Source of the DNA: an uncultured Candidatus Saccharibacteria bacterium
Lineage (GTDB): Bacteria; Patescibacteriota; Saccharimonadia; Saccharimonadales; CAZDBS01
Length of the DNA: 64,000 nucleotides
Assembly (NCBI GenBank): GCA_964635445.1
Contig: CAZWNK010000001.1
Location: 3,422 to 67,421, forward strand
Direction: 5' to 3'
The position numbers and the translations under genes are program-made. Below are positions 10,151 through 19,582 of this stretch, one piece after another. The notes below the pieces were generated by a model. That model searched no databases, was not told the origin of the DNA, and worked only from the letters and a program-made list of their open reading frames with translations. Position 1 is the first letter of the stretch. Each line of letters starts with the position of its first letter.

Positions 10151-11440
10151 TTATGCTTTTGCATAATCTATGAGACGGGCAAGTGTTTTCTCGCTCATCA
10201 TCTGGCTCATGATATTGCGACGAGCTTCGGATTTGTCGAGTTCGGCTTGCATCGCTGGGTCGGACGCATACTGTCCTTTGAGAAGCTGGATTCGGATTTC
10301 CAGTTCTTCTGGCGTGATCTCGATTTTCTCTTTTTCGGAGATCTCGCTCAGGACGATGCCGGTTTTGACTCGTCGTTCAGCTTCTGGTCGCAGTTCCTTC
10401 TCCTTGAGTTCTTCTTCATCTTTGTATCCAGCTTGGGTTAAGTACTCACTGATTGTCATGCCTCGGTAAACGAGATTCTGCTTGAAATCAACAAGTGCTC
10501 TTTCTAGTTGCTCCCTGACTAGGACTTCTGGAAGTGCGGCTTTACTTTTATCGACAATTTCGCTCAAGAGTTCGTTTTCATAGGTATTCTGAGCTCGCGA
10601 TTGCTTCTCGTGCTCGAGTTGAGTTTTGATATCTTTACGAAGCTCAGCCACAGATTTGAACGGGCCAGACTTGGCGGCAAAGTCGGCGTCCACTTTAGGC
10701 AATACGACTTCTTGGACTTTATTGACTGTGACTGTGAAATCTACCTTGACTCCCGCGAGAGGCTTGTGTCCATAATCTTTCGGAAAGGTGACTTTAAACG
10801 TCTTCACTTCGCCTGCTTTCATACCGACAACATTCTCTTCAAACCCTGGGATAAACGTATTAGATCCAAGTACAAGCGGATATTCTTTGCCACTTGCTCC
10901 CGCAACCGCTTCACCTTTGGCGTCTTTACCATCAAAATCAATCATGACTTGATCGCCATCTTTGGATGCACGGTCGACATCTTTTTTCTCACTCATTCGA
11001 AGTCGGAGATTTTCGATAACGTCATCGACATCTTTGTCATCAACCGGTTCGACTTTAGGTGATTTTTTGATCTTCGTATAGTCTGGCAACGAGACACTAC
11101 CAACCACCTGCACCACAGCCACGAACGAAAGAGTCGTAAATGGCACAAATGCACTCAGTGTGACATCAGGCCGATCGATCGGTTTAAGCTTTTCTTGGAT
11201 CGCCGCATCCATGTAGAGACGGCTGATCGTATCTTCTAAAAATTCTGTTTGCAAGACATTTTGATCGACACTCTTCTCGACCATCGCTATCGGCGCTTTG
11301 CCTTTACGAAACCCGCCAACTTTCAGGTCTTTTGCGAGTCGCTGGAGTGTCTTCTGTTTGAAATGCTCGAGTTCATTGCTATCGGCTGTGATCTCTAGTT
11401 TGATTTCTGTCTCAGATGTATTGGTTCTCTTGATTTGCAT
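10151..11440 (-). CDS. tig: trigger factor
   Basis: 429 aa with trigger-factor N-terminal ribosome-binding region, a PPIase-like middle and C-terminal domain. A hairpin at 10147-10170 overlaps the stop. Confidence 0.9.
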   Translation of the reverse strand: MQIKRTNTSETEIKLEITADSNELEHFKQKTLQRLAKDLKVGGFRKGKAPIAMVEKSVDQNVLQTEFLEDTISRLYMDAAIQEKLKPIDRPDVTLSAFVPFTTLSFVAVVQVVGSVSLPDYTKIKKSPKVEPVDDKDVDDVIENLRLRMSEKKDVDRASKDGDQVMIDFDGKDAKGEAVAGASGKEYPLVLGSNTFIPGFEENVVGMKAGEVKTFKVTFPKDYGHKPLAGVKVDFTVTVNKVQEVVLPKVDADFAAKSGPFKSVAELRKDIKTQLEHEKQSRAQNTYENELLSEIVDKSKAALPEVLVREQLERALVDFKQNLVYRGMTISEYLTQAGYKDEEELKEKELRPEAERRVKTGIVLSEISEKEKIEITPEELEIRIQLLKGQYASDPAMQAELDKSEARRNIMSQMMSEKTLARLIDYAKA

Positions 11441-11465
11441 GGCTTCCCATTATACACATCATCTG

Positions 11466-11654
11466 TTAACGAACAATAATATAAACAGATATAAAGAGGG
11501 CCGCAAAAAAAGCGACAAAACATATCACACTAAGATATGTGCGAAAATTCTGCTCATGCGGCACTGCATAGCCGACACTTCGGCCTATAAATATACCGAC
11601 AAAAACGAGCGGTAGACTCAACACAAGAAGGAAGCTCGCGGCTACCCATTTCAT
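11466..11654 (-). CDS. small hydrophobic protein (62 aa, two predicted TM segments)
   Basis: ORF with strongly hydrophobic composition between hisS and tig. No known family. Confidence 0.3.
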   Translation of the reverse strand: MKWVAASFLLVLSLPLVFVGIFIGRSVGYAVPHEQNFRTYLSVICFVAFFAALFISVYIIVR

Positions 11655-11659
11655 AGGCT

Positions 11660-12952
11660 TTACTCGCTTCTTTCGTCCAATACCGTCTGAACGACTCTTT
11701 CGATACTAAGGCTTTGCTCAGTACCACTTTTTAGTTCTTTGAGCTTATATTGCTGCTCTTGTAACTCTCGGTCGCCTACGAAGAGTACATAGGGCACTCC
11801 TTGTTTCTCGGCAGACTGGATTTGTTTATCGAGTTTGCGCCCCGTGACGTCGACAGCTACTTTGACGCCTTCCTCACGCAGTATGGCAATTGGTTTTTGT
11901 GCCTGTATCAATACATCGCCGATAAGCACAACGTAGACCTGTACTTCACTCACGAGCTCTGGGAGTAGCTGATGACTCTCGAGGAAGTTTTGTAATGGCA
12001 CGTCGCCCATGGCAAACCCGACACTCGAGACGGGCTCCACTCCGAACAATCCAACGAGTCCATCATATCGACCGCCACCAAACATTGAGCGGTTATTCTC
12101 CGGATCCGTATCAAATACTTCGAAGACGATGTCGGTGTAGTAATCAAATCCACGCATCAGCGTCAGATCGATAGGTGTATTTGTGATACCGACTTCTTTG
12201 AGCATGGCCTCGAGCTTCAGAAGATTAGCGAGCGACTCATTGCTTTTGAGCTCGTCGGGCATGTCTTCTAGTGATTTTGCTTTCAAGACATTGATGAGTT
12301 GCGAAGCTTTGTCATCGCCAACGAGCGCTTGGAGCTGAAGCTCAAACTCGGATGTCTCCATCTTCTGCATGCGGTCTGTGAGTCGTATGACAGCTCGTGC
12401 GCGCTCTTGATCGAGTCCAAGATATACTTGCAACAGATAGTCCACAAACTTGCGACTATTCAGCTTGATGTCATACATAGATGACTTCGCGCCATAATTC
12501 TTCAGAATTGCATCAACGATTTGAACCATCTCGAAGTCACCTTCGATTCCTGATACTCCAAATAGATCAACGTTGAGTTGCCAAAATTCACGAAGTCGAC
12601 CACGTTGCGGCCGCTCATAACGCCAGAGATTGGGTATGCTGTACCAACGAGCTGGATATGCCAACTCCTGACGCCGTGCAGCTACCATACGGCTAACTGA
12701 TGGTGTCATCTCGGTGCGGATCGTCACGCTGCGGCCACCACGGTCTTCGAAAGTATAGGTTTGTTCATTGACAATCTCGTCGCTTGTTTTCGAAGCGTAG
12801 ATCTCTGTCGGTTCGAGAATCGGTGCATCATATTCCTGATAGCCAAAAGATTCACACACTTCACGGATTTTGCCGAACATGTATTTTTGGATGCGCTTGT
12901 CTTCTGGATAGAAGTCCCTCGCACCTTTATAGGGTTGTGTAGATAAACTCAT
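11660..12952 (-). CDS. hisS: histidine--tRNA ligase
   Basis: 430 aa with class II aaRS motifs and HisRS-specific blocks; the C-terminal anticodon-binding domain is present. Confidence 0.93.
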   Translation of the reverse strand: MSLSTQPYKGARDFYPEDKRIQKYMFGKIREVCESFGYQEYDAPILEPTEIYASKTSDEIVNEQTYTFEDRGGRSVTIRTEMTPSVSRMVAARRQELAYPARWYSIPNLWRYERPQRGRLREFWQLNVDLFGVSGIEGDFEMVQIVDAILKNYGAKSSMYDIKLNSRKFVDYLLQVYLGLDQERARAVIRLTDRMQKMETSEFELQLQALVGDDKASQLINVLKAKSLEDMPDELKSNESLANLLKLEAMLKEVGITNTPIDLTLMRGFDYYTDIVFEVFDTDPENNRSMFGGGRYDGLVGLFGVEPVSSVGFAMGDVPLQNFLESHQLLPELVSEVQVYVVLIGDVLIQAQKPIAILREEGVKVAVDVTGRKLDKQIQSAEKQGVPYVLFVGDRELQEQQYKLKELKSGTEQSLSIERVVQTVLDERSE

Positions 12953-13003
12953 ACTGTCTCCATCTTATCTTAAAAGTTACAAAAAAGAATATAAAAAGCC
13001 GGC

Positions 13004-13030
13004 GCAGGGCCGGCTTTTCTAGACAATAGA
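13004..13030 (-). terminator. Rho-independent terminator (GCCGGCGCAGGGCCGGC plus T-tract) after the ABC operon
   Basis: GC-rich hairpin flanked by A-run and T-run on both strands, about 110 nt downstream of the ABC ATPase stop. Confidence 0.6.
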
Positions 13031-13138
13031 AAACTTACCTGGCACTGCCCGGCGAGATATGGAGATGATGGATGTTTTGTACTGCGTACATACTGATACT
13101 ATAACACGATGCACATAATATGTCTATCATGCTTACGT

Positions 13139-14104
13139 CTACCCCGTTTTCTTGAATAGGTCGCTGATAATCTCTTCCAATGGAACAGACTGTATAGTGA
13201 TGTCCGCTACTTTGAATGTGGCAAAGATCCTCTGGATCGACTCCAGATAATCTTTCTGTTTGATCTTCAACTGTGCGACAGAATCCTGAAACGAAACCAC
13301 TTTTCCAAACTCTCTCAGTAGCGCAGGATCGATATCGTCTTCGAAAACAACACGCACATACTTGTACCCACCATGATCCTTCGCAAGCCTCCCCATGCTC
13401 CCGTCATAGCCGACACTTCCTTTATTGATCACTATGACCCTCTCGCACACTTCCTCGATATCATCCATGTCATGACTGGTGAGGAGCAAAGTTTTACCTT
13501 GCTCCTTGTGCAGTTGTCTCAAAAAAGCGCGTACTTCGCGTTTCGCATCGATATCCAGACCGATAGTTGGCTCGTCGAGGAAGAGTATTTCTGGATCATG
13601 AAGAATCGAACCGATGAGTTCCATTTTCATCCGTTCCCCTAGACTCAAACGTCGGATCTGCGTATTCATGACATGCTCAACTCGGAGAAGTTTGGTGAGC
13701 CTTTTGACTCGCTCGTCATATTGATCACTTGGTATCTCGTAGATATGCCGTAAGAAGACAAATGACTGCGCAGCTGATAAATCCCAGTTCAATCCTGCTT
13801 TATTACCCATGACTAAGCCTATACGTTTCAAGAACTCGGTTTTCCTATCTTGAGGAGTGAAACCAAGCACTCGTACATCACCCGTCGACGGATAGATGAG
13901 ACCGGTCAACATCTTGATCGTGGTCGTTTTTCCTGCACCGTTCGGTCCTAAGAAAGCGACACTTTCGCCTGCTTTGATAGCAAGATTTACGTCACGTACT
14001 GCATGAACTTCTTTCCAATCAGGTCGCCAGATACCTGTGATTAAATTCTTATTTGTTCTTGCACGAAATGATTTGCCCAACTGGTGTGTATCAATAATAT
14101 TCAT
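13139..14104 (-). CDS. ABC transporter ATP-binding protein
   Basis: Walker A (GPNGAGKTTT), ABC signature (LSLGERMKM) and Walker B (LFLDEPT). 4-nt overlap with the upstream permease. Confidence 0.9.
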   Translation of the reverse strand: MNIIDTHQLGKSFRARTNKNLITGIWRPDWKEVHAVRDVNLAIKAGESVAFLGPNGAGKTTTIKMLTGLIYPSTGDVRVLGFTPQDRKTEFLKRIGLVMGNKAGLNWDLSAAQSFVFLRHIYEIPSDQYDERVKRLTKLLRVEHVMNTQIRRLSLGERMKMELIGSILHDPEILFLDEPTIGLDIDAKREVRAFLRQLHKEQGKTLLLTSHDMDDIEEVCERVIVINKGSVGYDGSMGRLAKDHGGYKYVRVVFEDDIDPALLREFGKVVSFQDSVAQLKIKQKDYLESIQRIFATFKVADITIQSVPLEEIISDLFKKTG

Positions 14105-14898
14105 GATGATGCTGATGTATATCGTTTAAGACTAGCGCGCCATAGTCGTCGTTGCAAGAAATAAGCCAAGCTAAGCGCCATAATAGCCCAGGGCAGAACG
14201 TTCATAATTGATAGTTTGCCTATCATTATGGCAGTACTGACATTGGCAACTAGAAAACCTGGCATAAAGAATATGAGGAACTTTCGAAGCGGCCCTTGGA
14301 TTGCAGATTCCGGATACTCAGTACCACCTCCATTTACGCCCCATATTGCAAGTTTAAGAAAGGGATTGCCGCCACTTTCCTGCCAAAACGCGAGCAAAGC
14401 TGTGGTGAAGAGATACAGTAAATCCAAAACAAAGCCCAATAAGAGAATTATCATTCCTAGGACTACGTTTCGCAAAGTTATATGGAGACTCCCCCAATTG
14501 ATATCCCATATGACGAGCAATATCGCTACCCCGTCCCGTACCATATAAACTGGGCTAAAGCTATTTATCAACAGATATAGCTTCCGTGGCAATGGTTTCA
14601 GCAACACAAGATCCCAACTGCCATCATTAATCATAATCGATAGCGCACCCAGTGAATCGCTAAACGGACCTACAGCATAAAGCGAAAGCTGCAGCAATAA
14701 CATGATGAGTAATATGTCGTTCAAAGTGTATCCAGCTACAGTCCCTATCTCGCGGAATGTGAGATGCAAGACTACGAGATATGAAAGTGTATAGAAAATT
14801 GTCGAAAAAAAGTTTGCCCAATTTTCACCAAAATATGCAAGGTTTTGCTTGGTGTTATACGAAATGATAGCTAGAACTAACTTTAAGTTTTTTCTCAT
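14101..14898 (-). CDS. ABC-2 family transporter permease (about 6 TM)
   Basis: Polytopic hydrophobic 265-aa protein translationally coupled to the ABC ATPase. Confidence 0.7.
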   Translation of the reverse strand: MRKNLKLVLAIISYNTKQNLAYFGENWANFFSTIFYTLSYLVVLHLTFREIGTVAGYTLNDILLIMLLLQLSLYAVGPFSDSLGALSIMINDGSWDLVLLKPLPRKLYLLINSFSPVYMVRDGVAILLVIWDINWGSLHITLRNVVLGMIILLLGFVLDLLYLFTTALLAFWQESGGNPFLKLAIWGVNGGGTEYPESAIQGPLRKFLIFFMPGFLVANVSTAIMIGKLSIMNVLPWAIMALSLAYFLQRRLWRASLKRYTSASS

Positions 14899-14899
14899 G

Positions 14900-15712
14900 T
14901 CAGATACCTACCGCCTCATATGAACGAAGCCCTCTCTTCCAGAAACGGAGACTGAGGTAAAAAATAGGCAGTGCCCATAACGTACCAAGCATCACGAGTC
15001 GTGAAGGTACTTCAACTCCCTGAAGCAATCGCACAGGTAAGTAGTATGTTGAAGCTGATGGCAATACTTCCAAAACCTTAACAACAGGGGCGGAAAGCAA
15101 AAATAATGGCACCCATTCTCCGCGGAAAACGCGGAGTACGTGAAGCAGAACATTTCTAAGTGATTTACCTTCTGTCGTATAGAACGTCAATGTTGAGAAA
15201 AATATGTTAAATGACAGATTGAGAATAAAAGCATTGACGAGCGCCACCCCTATGATCGCAGCTCTTGTAAGCGTCATGTGTGCGAATAACCCCTGGCTCA
15301 TCACGATGCCGATAATCAGCAGAACTACTGACCATATTTGTCCCATGACATACCCTGGCATTGTTTTCGCATACAACTGAACTAATGGACTACCGGGACG
15401 CGACAAAAGATAGTTCAATTGCCCAGTTTTAATATGCTTAGTAGACACAGACGACATCTGAGCATCACACAAGAAAAAGGCATAGAGAAACTCCGCTATG
15501 AAAAAGTAACTGATTATTTCACTAAGGGGTGTGGAGGATAGATTGCTGTGACGTACAACAATCGACCAGAACAGAATTCTAAAACCTAATCCCCAGATAT
15601 AATGTAAAAGCGATCCGAAAAGCGTAAGAGGATAGCGAGTCAAAATTTTGAGCTGATACCACCAAGAGATCCAAACAAGACGGTTAAACCGCCGCACGTC
15701 AGCAAAATACAT
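14900..15712 (-). CDS. ABC-2 family transporter permease (second subunit)
   Basis: 270-aa polytopic membrane protein 1 nt upstream of the first permease. Confidence 0.7.
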   Translation of the reverse strand: MYFADVRRFNRLVWISWWYQLKILTRYPLTLFGSLLHYIWGLGFRILFWSIVVRHSNLSSTPLSEIISYFFIAEFLYAFFLCDAQMSSVSTKHIKTGQLNYLLSRPGSPLVQLYAKTMPGYVMGQIWSVVLLIIGIVMSQGLFAHMTLTRAAIIGVALVNAFILNLSFNIFFSTLTFYTTEGKSLRNVLLHVLRVFRGEWVPLFLLSAPVVKVLEVLPSASTYYLPVRLLQGVEVPSRLVMLGTLWALPIFYLSLRFWKRGLRSYEAVGI

Positions 15713-15736
15713 ACTGCTTATTCTAGCATTGAATAC

Positions 15737-16255
15737 TCATAGCTGGGTGATAAATGTTCGAACAGCTTCCTCTGCTAGTCGTTGACGATTCGAGAAGTTT
15801 TCGTCTGTAATGCCCAACCCAGTATCTGCTTGGTGGTCAGTGAGGAATTTCTGATGATCCTCTGACCAAGATTTTACGTACTCTTCTGGTGGATGGTATT
15901 CTTTCGCATTTTGTAGCTTCGCGATAAATTCATCGCTTAGATCCATCGATATGACGAATACTCTATAGCCCTTTTCTTCGGCCAACTTCTTTATATCATC
16001 CATTCGGCGATCGACACTCGTATCGTAGATAAAACTAGACTTCTTGTCGAAAAGGATGTCAGCTCGTTCATCTCGTAGAGCTTCAAACTTCTCTTGGTTG
16101 AGGTAAGCTTCAAGCGTGTCTTCGTGTACTTCGACACGGATGACATTATTACTAAGTACTGGTAGGTCAAACACGAGCGACAATCGCATGGCGATTGCAC
16201 TTTTACCCGACCCTGGAACTCCTGCAAATGTGACGAGAAATGGTTTACGATTCAT
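15737..16255 (-). CDS. P-loop NTPase / small-molecule kinase-like protein (AAA_33/zeta-toxin-like fold)
   Basis: Walker A GVPGSGKS at residues 11-18 in a 172-aa protein, leading the ABC-2 operon. Confidence 0.55.
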   Translation of the reverse strand: MNRKPFLVTFAGVPGSGKSAIAMRLSLVFDLPVLSNNVIRVEVHEDTLEAYLNQEKFEALRDERADILFDKKSSFIYDTSVDRRMDDIKKLAEEKGYRVFVISMDLSDEFIAKLQNAKEYHPPEEYVKSWSEDHQKFLTDHQADTGLGITDENFSNRQRLAEEAVRTFITQL

Positions 16256-16330
16256 GTATGTGATTATACAACTATTGACAATGGACCATAAACCAAGCTA
16301 AATAGTAAAAATCTAATTTGAAGGTACACC

Positions 16331-16747
16331 ATGAGTCAAGGACAAATAAGCACAAAGGAGATTATCGATACCTCACTCGCACAAGACCTCACGACTCGGG
16401 AAGGATTCAGAACATATCTCAAAAATGGACCCGACAGACCGCAGTCAAACCTGAGACGCATGCATCGCGAAAGAGCTGGTATTATAAGTGGCCGCGCTTC
16501 TCATATCTGGGAAGCGATGGTACGCAGAGCTGAAGAACTGGTCGACACATCTCCAGAAACTAAAGAGCTGGTGCATGACGCATTTCCTAACCTAGGTTCC
16601 TCGGGATATACAATTGGCTTAAAGGTCGCAGACATAGATCTAGACGATGCGGCTGATTACAGAACTTTTTCAAAAGCCGAGATTGAAGACAGATCATCAA
16701 GAACAACTATACCGTGCGATACCTGCCGGCGATTAGAGTTAGAGTAA
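16331..16747 (+). CDS. hypothetical protein (138 aa)
   Basis: Plus-strand ORF divergent from the kinase and ABC operon. Ends 29 nt before tRNA-Leu. No family recognised. Confidence 0.4.
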   Translation: MSQGQISTKEIIDTSLAQDLTTREGFRTYLKNGPDRPQSNLRRMHRERAGIISGRASHIWEAMVRRAEELVDTSPETKELVHDAFPNLGSSGYTIGLKVADIDLDDAADYRTFSKAEIEDRSSRTTIPCDTCRRLELE

Positions 16748-16775
16748 CAAAAAACGCATATACTACTTACTAAAA

Positions 16776-16862
16776 TGGTGCGGATGATAGGACTCGAACC
16801 TACACACCTTGCGGTACTAGCTCCTAAGGCTAGCGTGTCTACCAATTTCACCACATCCGCAC
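16776..16862 (-). tRNA. tRNA-Leu (anticodon TAG), 87 nt, long variable arm, CCA encoded
   Basis: Manual fold of the reverse complement GTGCGGATGTGGTGAAATTGGTAGACACGCTAGCCTTAGGAGCTAG...GGTTCGAGTCCTATCATCCGCACCA. Anticodon loop is CTTAGGA. Confidence 0.85.
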
Positions 16863-16949
16863 ATAGGTACCCCAACAAAGAAGTGCCAGTATTTGCTATC
16901 CAGCGGATCGCCACCCACCGTAATGCAGAACTATTGTAGTCTACCTCTG

Positions 16950-16975
16950 TTAAAATGCAAAATAAAAAGACCGTT
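16950..16975 (-). terminator. Terminator hairpin after rsmD (GACCGTTAACGGTC plus T-tract)
   Basis: Inverted repeat followed by a T-run on the minus strand at the rsmD stop. Confidence 0.45.
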
Positions 16976-17528
16976 AACGGCCTTCTAGTCGGTAGAAGAC
17001 CAGTGCCGCGTCACCATAACTTCGATTGTCCACCACAACAACCCCTTGTATACCCGACACGTGGTCTCTACCTGGTTGGGATAGTACCATAACGCTCGTG
17101 TTTTTCATATGTTTCACGAGCTTTGAAACTGTGGATAACTGCATGTTGTCGTACGGTGGGTCGCACAAAATCAGATCGAACTTTTCATCAGGATGTTGAT
17201 CTGACCACACTCCTGCGCTCATCTGGTGAAATTCAAACTTATCAGCAAGATCTTCGTGGGGTGCACGGAATAATGCTTTGGCTGCCTCTCTGACTGCATG
17301 TGCAGCTTGTTTATCGCGATCAAGCGCGACGACATACTCCGCCCCACGACTCAACGCTTCGAATGCTAGTGCGCCACTTCCACTAAACGCATCCAATACC
17401 CGCAAGCCTTCGATATCGCCAAGGATTCCGAAAAGCCCGCCCATAACTCGCGTACTCATCGGATGAGTTCTATTGCCTTTCGGCGCTTCAAATATTCTTC
17501 CAGATAATTGTCCAGCTATGATCCGCAT
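16974..17528 (-). CDS. rsmD: 16S rRNA (guanine966-N2)-methyltransferase
   Basis: 184 aa with the DAFSGSGALAFEALSRGA SAM-binding motif and DPPY catalytic motif. Confidence 0.85.
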   Translation of the reverse strand: MRIIAGQLSGRIFEAPKGNRTHPMSTRVMGGLFGILGDIEGLRVLDAFSGSGALAFEALSRGAEYVVALDRDKQAAHAVREAAKALFRAPHEDLADKFEFHQMSAGVWSDQHPDEKFDLILCDPPYDNMQLSTVSKLVKHMKNTSVMVLSQPGRDHVSGIQGVVVVDNRSYGDAALVFYRLEGR

Positions 17529-19567
17529 CAGTTTAGATTTGTGACAGCCCTGAGACGCTGCACATGCTCCTTTAATATTGGGAATTGTAGCAAATCTTCC
17601 TGACGATCGATGAATTCTTGAGCAGCCTTTCGAGCTGCGGCAATAAGCTTGGTATCCGTCAACTTGGCAATACGAAGGTCCAATATGCCCGACTGTCGTG
17701 TGCCATAGATAGCGCCAGGCCCCCGTAGCTCGAGATCAAACTCAGCCAGTCGAAATCCATCAGTCGATGATTCCAGAGCTCGCAGACGTTGGCTCGGTTC
17801 TTTGCTGTTGCTCGGTACCAAGAAACAATACGCTTGATGAGAGCTCCTCCCTACTCTGCCACGCAACTGATGAAGCTGCGCCAGGCCAAACCGTTCTGCG
17901 CCCTCTATCAGCATCACCGAGGCATTGGGTATATTTACTCCGACCTCTATGACAGTCGTTGCGATCAAGATATCGAGTTCATGACGAGCGAATGAAGCGA
18001 TGATCTGTTCTTTTTCATCACTTTTCAGCTTTCCATGCAACAATCCTATCCGTCGATGCTTGAAAATGGTTTTCTGGAGTTTCTCGTACTCTTGTTCGAC
18101 ACTTGTCACCCCAAGATTATCGGATTCACTGATCAATGGACACACAACAAATACTTGCCGGCCAGCTTCTATCTGTTCATCGATTTGTTTATAGAGTTGT
18201 GATCGAGAGTTGGGTGAATGTATTTCGGTTTTCACTGGTTTACGTCCTGGCGGTAGCTCGTCGATGACAGATATATCGAGCTCGCCATAAAGAGTCAATG
18301 CCAACGTTCGTGGGATAGGCGTCGCTGTCATACTGAGGACATGCGGCATGTGCCCAGCTTTTGCTTGTAATTTTTTGCGTTGATCCACACCAAATCGATG
18401 TTGCTCGTCGATGATGACCAGCCCTAGTTTGTGCATGTCTACATCTTCTTCAATCAACGCGTGCGTACCCACGACAAGTCGTGTAGCACCAGACTTGACG
18501 GCATCTTTTATCCGAGTTTTGTCTGGAGATTTGATGCCACTCACCAGCAGCTCAGCTTTGAGCGGGAGTGGGTGAAAGTTTTGAAATATAGCATTGAGTG
18601 TTTCTTGATGTTGTCGAGCGAGAATTTCAGTCGGCGCCATGAGCGACACTTGATAGCCTGCAGCGATCGTTTCTATAGCTGCCATAGCAGCCACGATAGT
18701 TTTGCCAGATCCAACATCACCTTCGACAAGGCGATTCATGGGCTGTGTTTTTTCCAAATCTTTGAAAATCTGCCACGCAACCCGCCGTTGTGCATCAGTC
18801 AAAGGAAATGGTAGTGACGATACGAATTCTTTGATCAACGCTTCATCGAAGGGAATAGTCAATGAATGTTCTGTATAGAGTTCGTATTTGTTGAGCAAAC
18901 TTGCGAGCGTGAGATAGAAAACTTCCTCAAAACCTAATCTTGCTCGAGCTCGTGCAAGATCCTCGACGTCCTTGGGAAAATGAACCGCGAACACAGCTTG
19001 CGCTCGAGGCATCAGGCGAAATGTCACCATTAACCAGTCTGGCATACTCTCTGGAAGTGAATCTATCAATGGGGCCAATTCGCGTATAAGTTTGCGAATC
19101 ACATGAGATTTGAGCCCTATCGTCTCTCTATAGACCGGTATGACGCGTGCTGTGTTGGTCGGGAAACTACTCACCAATTCCATCGATGGATTCATCAAGA
19201 CAAATCGTCTGTTTGAAAGCTCAAAATTGCCTGACAGGAAATACTCAGCATCTTTCTTGATGGCCGTGGCTCGATACGGTTGATTGAACCATACGACTCT
19301 GAGAGATCCGGTCTCGTCACTAATGATCGCCTCAGTGATATGTAGACCGCGACGCACATACCTTCCTGCTACTTGCGTGACGCGACCCTGGACAGATACT
19401 TGACCTTGTTTTATCTGACCAATCGGTATGAGCTCAGAGTAGTCTTCGTATTTGCGCGGAAAATTGAGCAGAAGATCCTCAACTGTTTCCAACTTCAGCG
19501 TTTTTAGCTTCTCAGCAACAGCTGGACCTACTCCTTTTACATGTTGCAGCGGAGATCGCAAATCCAT
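17528..19567 (-). CDS. recG: ATP-dependent DNA helicase RecG
   Basis: 679 aa with a wedge domain and SF2 helicase motifs (GDVGSGKT, DEQH, TATPIPRT). Confidence 0.93.
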   Translation of the reverse strand: MDLRSPLQHVKGVGPAVAEKLKTLKLETVEDLLLNFPRKYEDYSELIPIGQIKQGQVSVQGRVTQVAGRYVRRGLHITEAIISDETGSLRVVWFNQPYRATAIKKDAEYFLSGNFELSNRRFVLMNPSMELVSSFPTNTARVIPVYRETIGLKSHVIRKLIRELAPLIDSLPESMPDWLMVTFRLMPRAQAVFAVHFPKDVEDLARARARLGFEEVFYLTLASLLNKYELYTEHSLTIPFDEALIKEFVSSLPFPLTDAQRRVAWQIFKDLEKTQPMNRLVEGDVGSGKTIVAAMAAIETIAAGYQVSLMAPTEILARQHQETLNAIFQNFHPLPLKAELLVSGIKSPDKTRIKDAVKSGATRLVVGTHALIEEDVDMHKLGLVIIDEQHRFGVDQRKKLQAKAGHMPHVLSMTATPIPRTLALTLYGELDISVIDELPPGRKPVKTEIHSPNSRSQLYKQIDEQIEAGRQVFVVCPLISESDNLGVTSVEQEYEKLQKTIFKHRRIGLLHGKLKSDEKEQIIASFARHELDILIATTVIEVGVNIPNASVMLIEGAERFGLAQLHQLRGRVGRSSHQAYCFLVPSNSKEPSQRLRALESSTDGFRLAEFDLELRGPGAIYGTRQSGILDLRIAKLTDTKLIAAARKAAQEFIDRQEDLLQFPILKEHVQRLRAVTNLN

Positions 19568-19582
19568 GTATATATTGTAGTC

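Noticed and set aside
10601-11062. 153-aa plus-strand ORF
   Set aside because: Antisense to trigger factor; Phe/Ile-rich shadow ORF.
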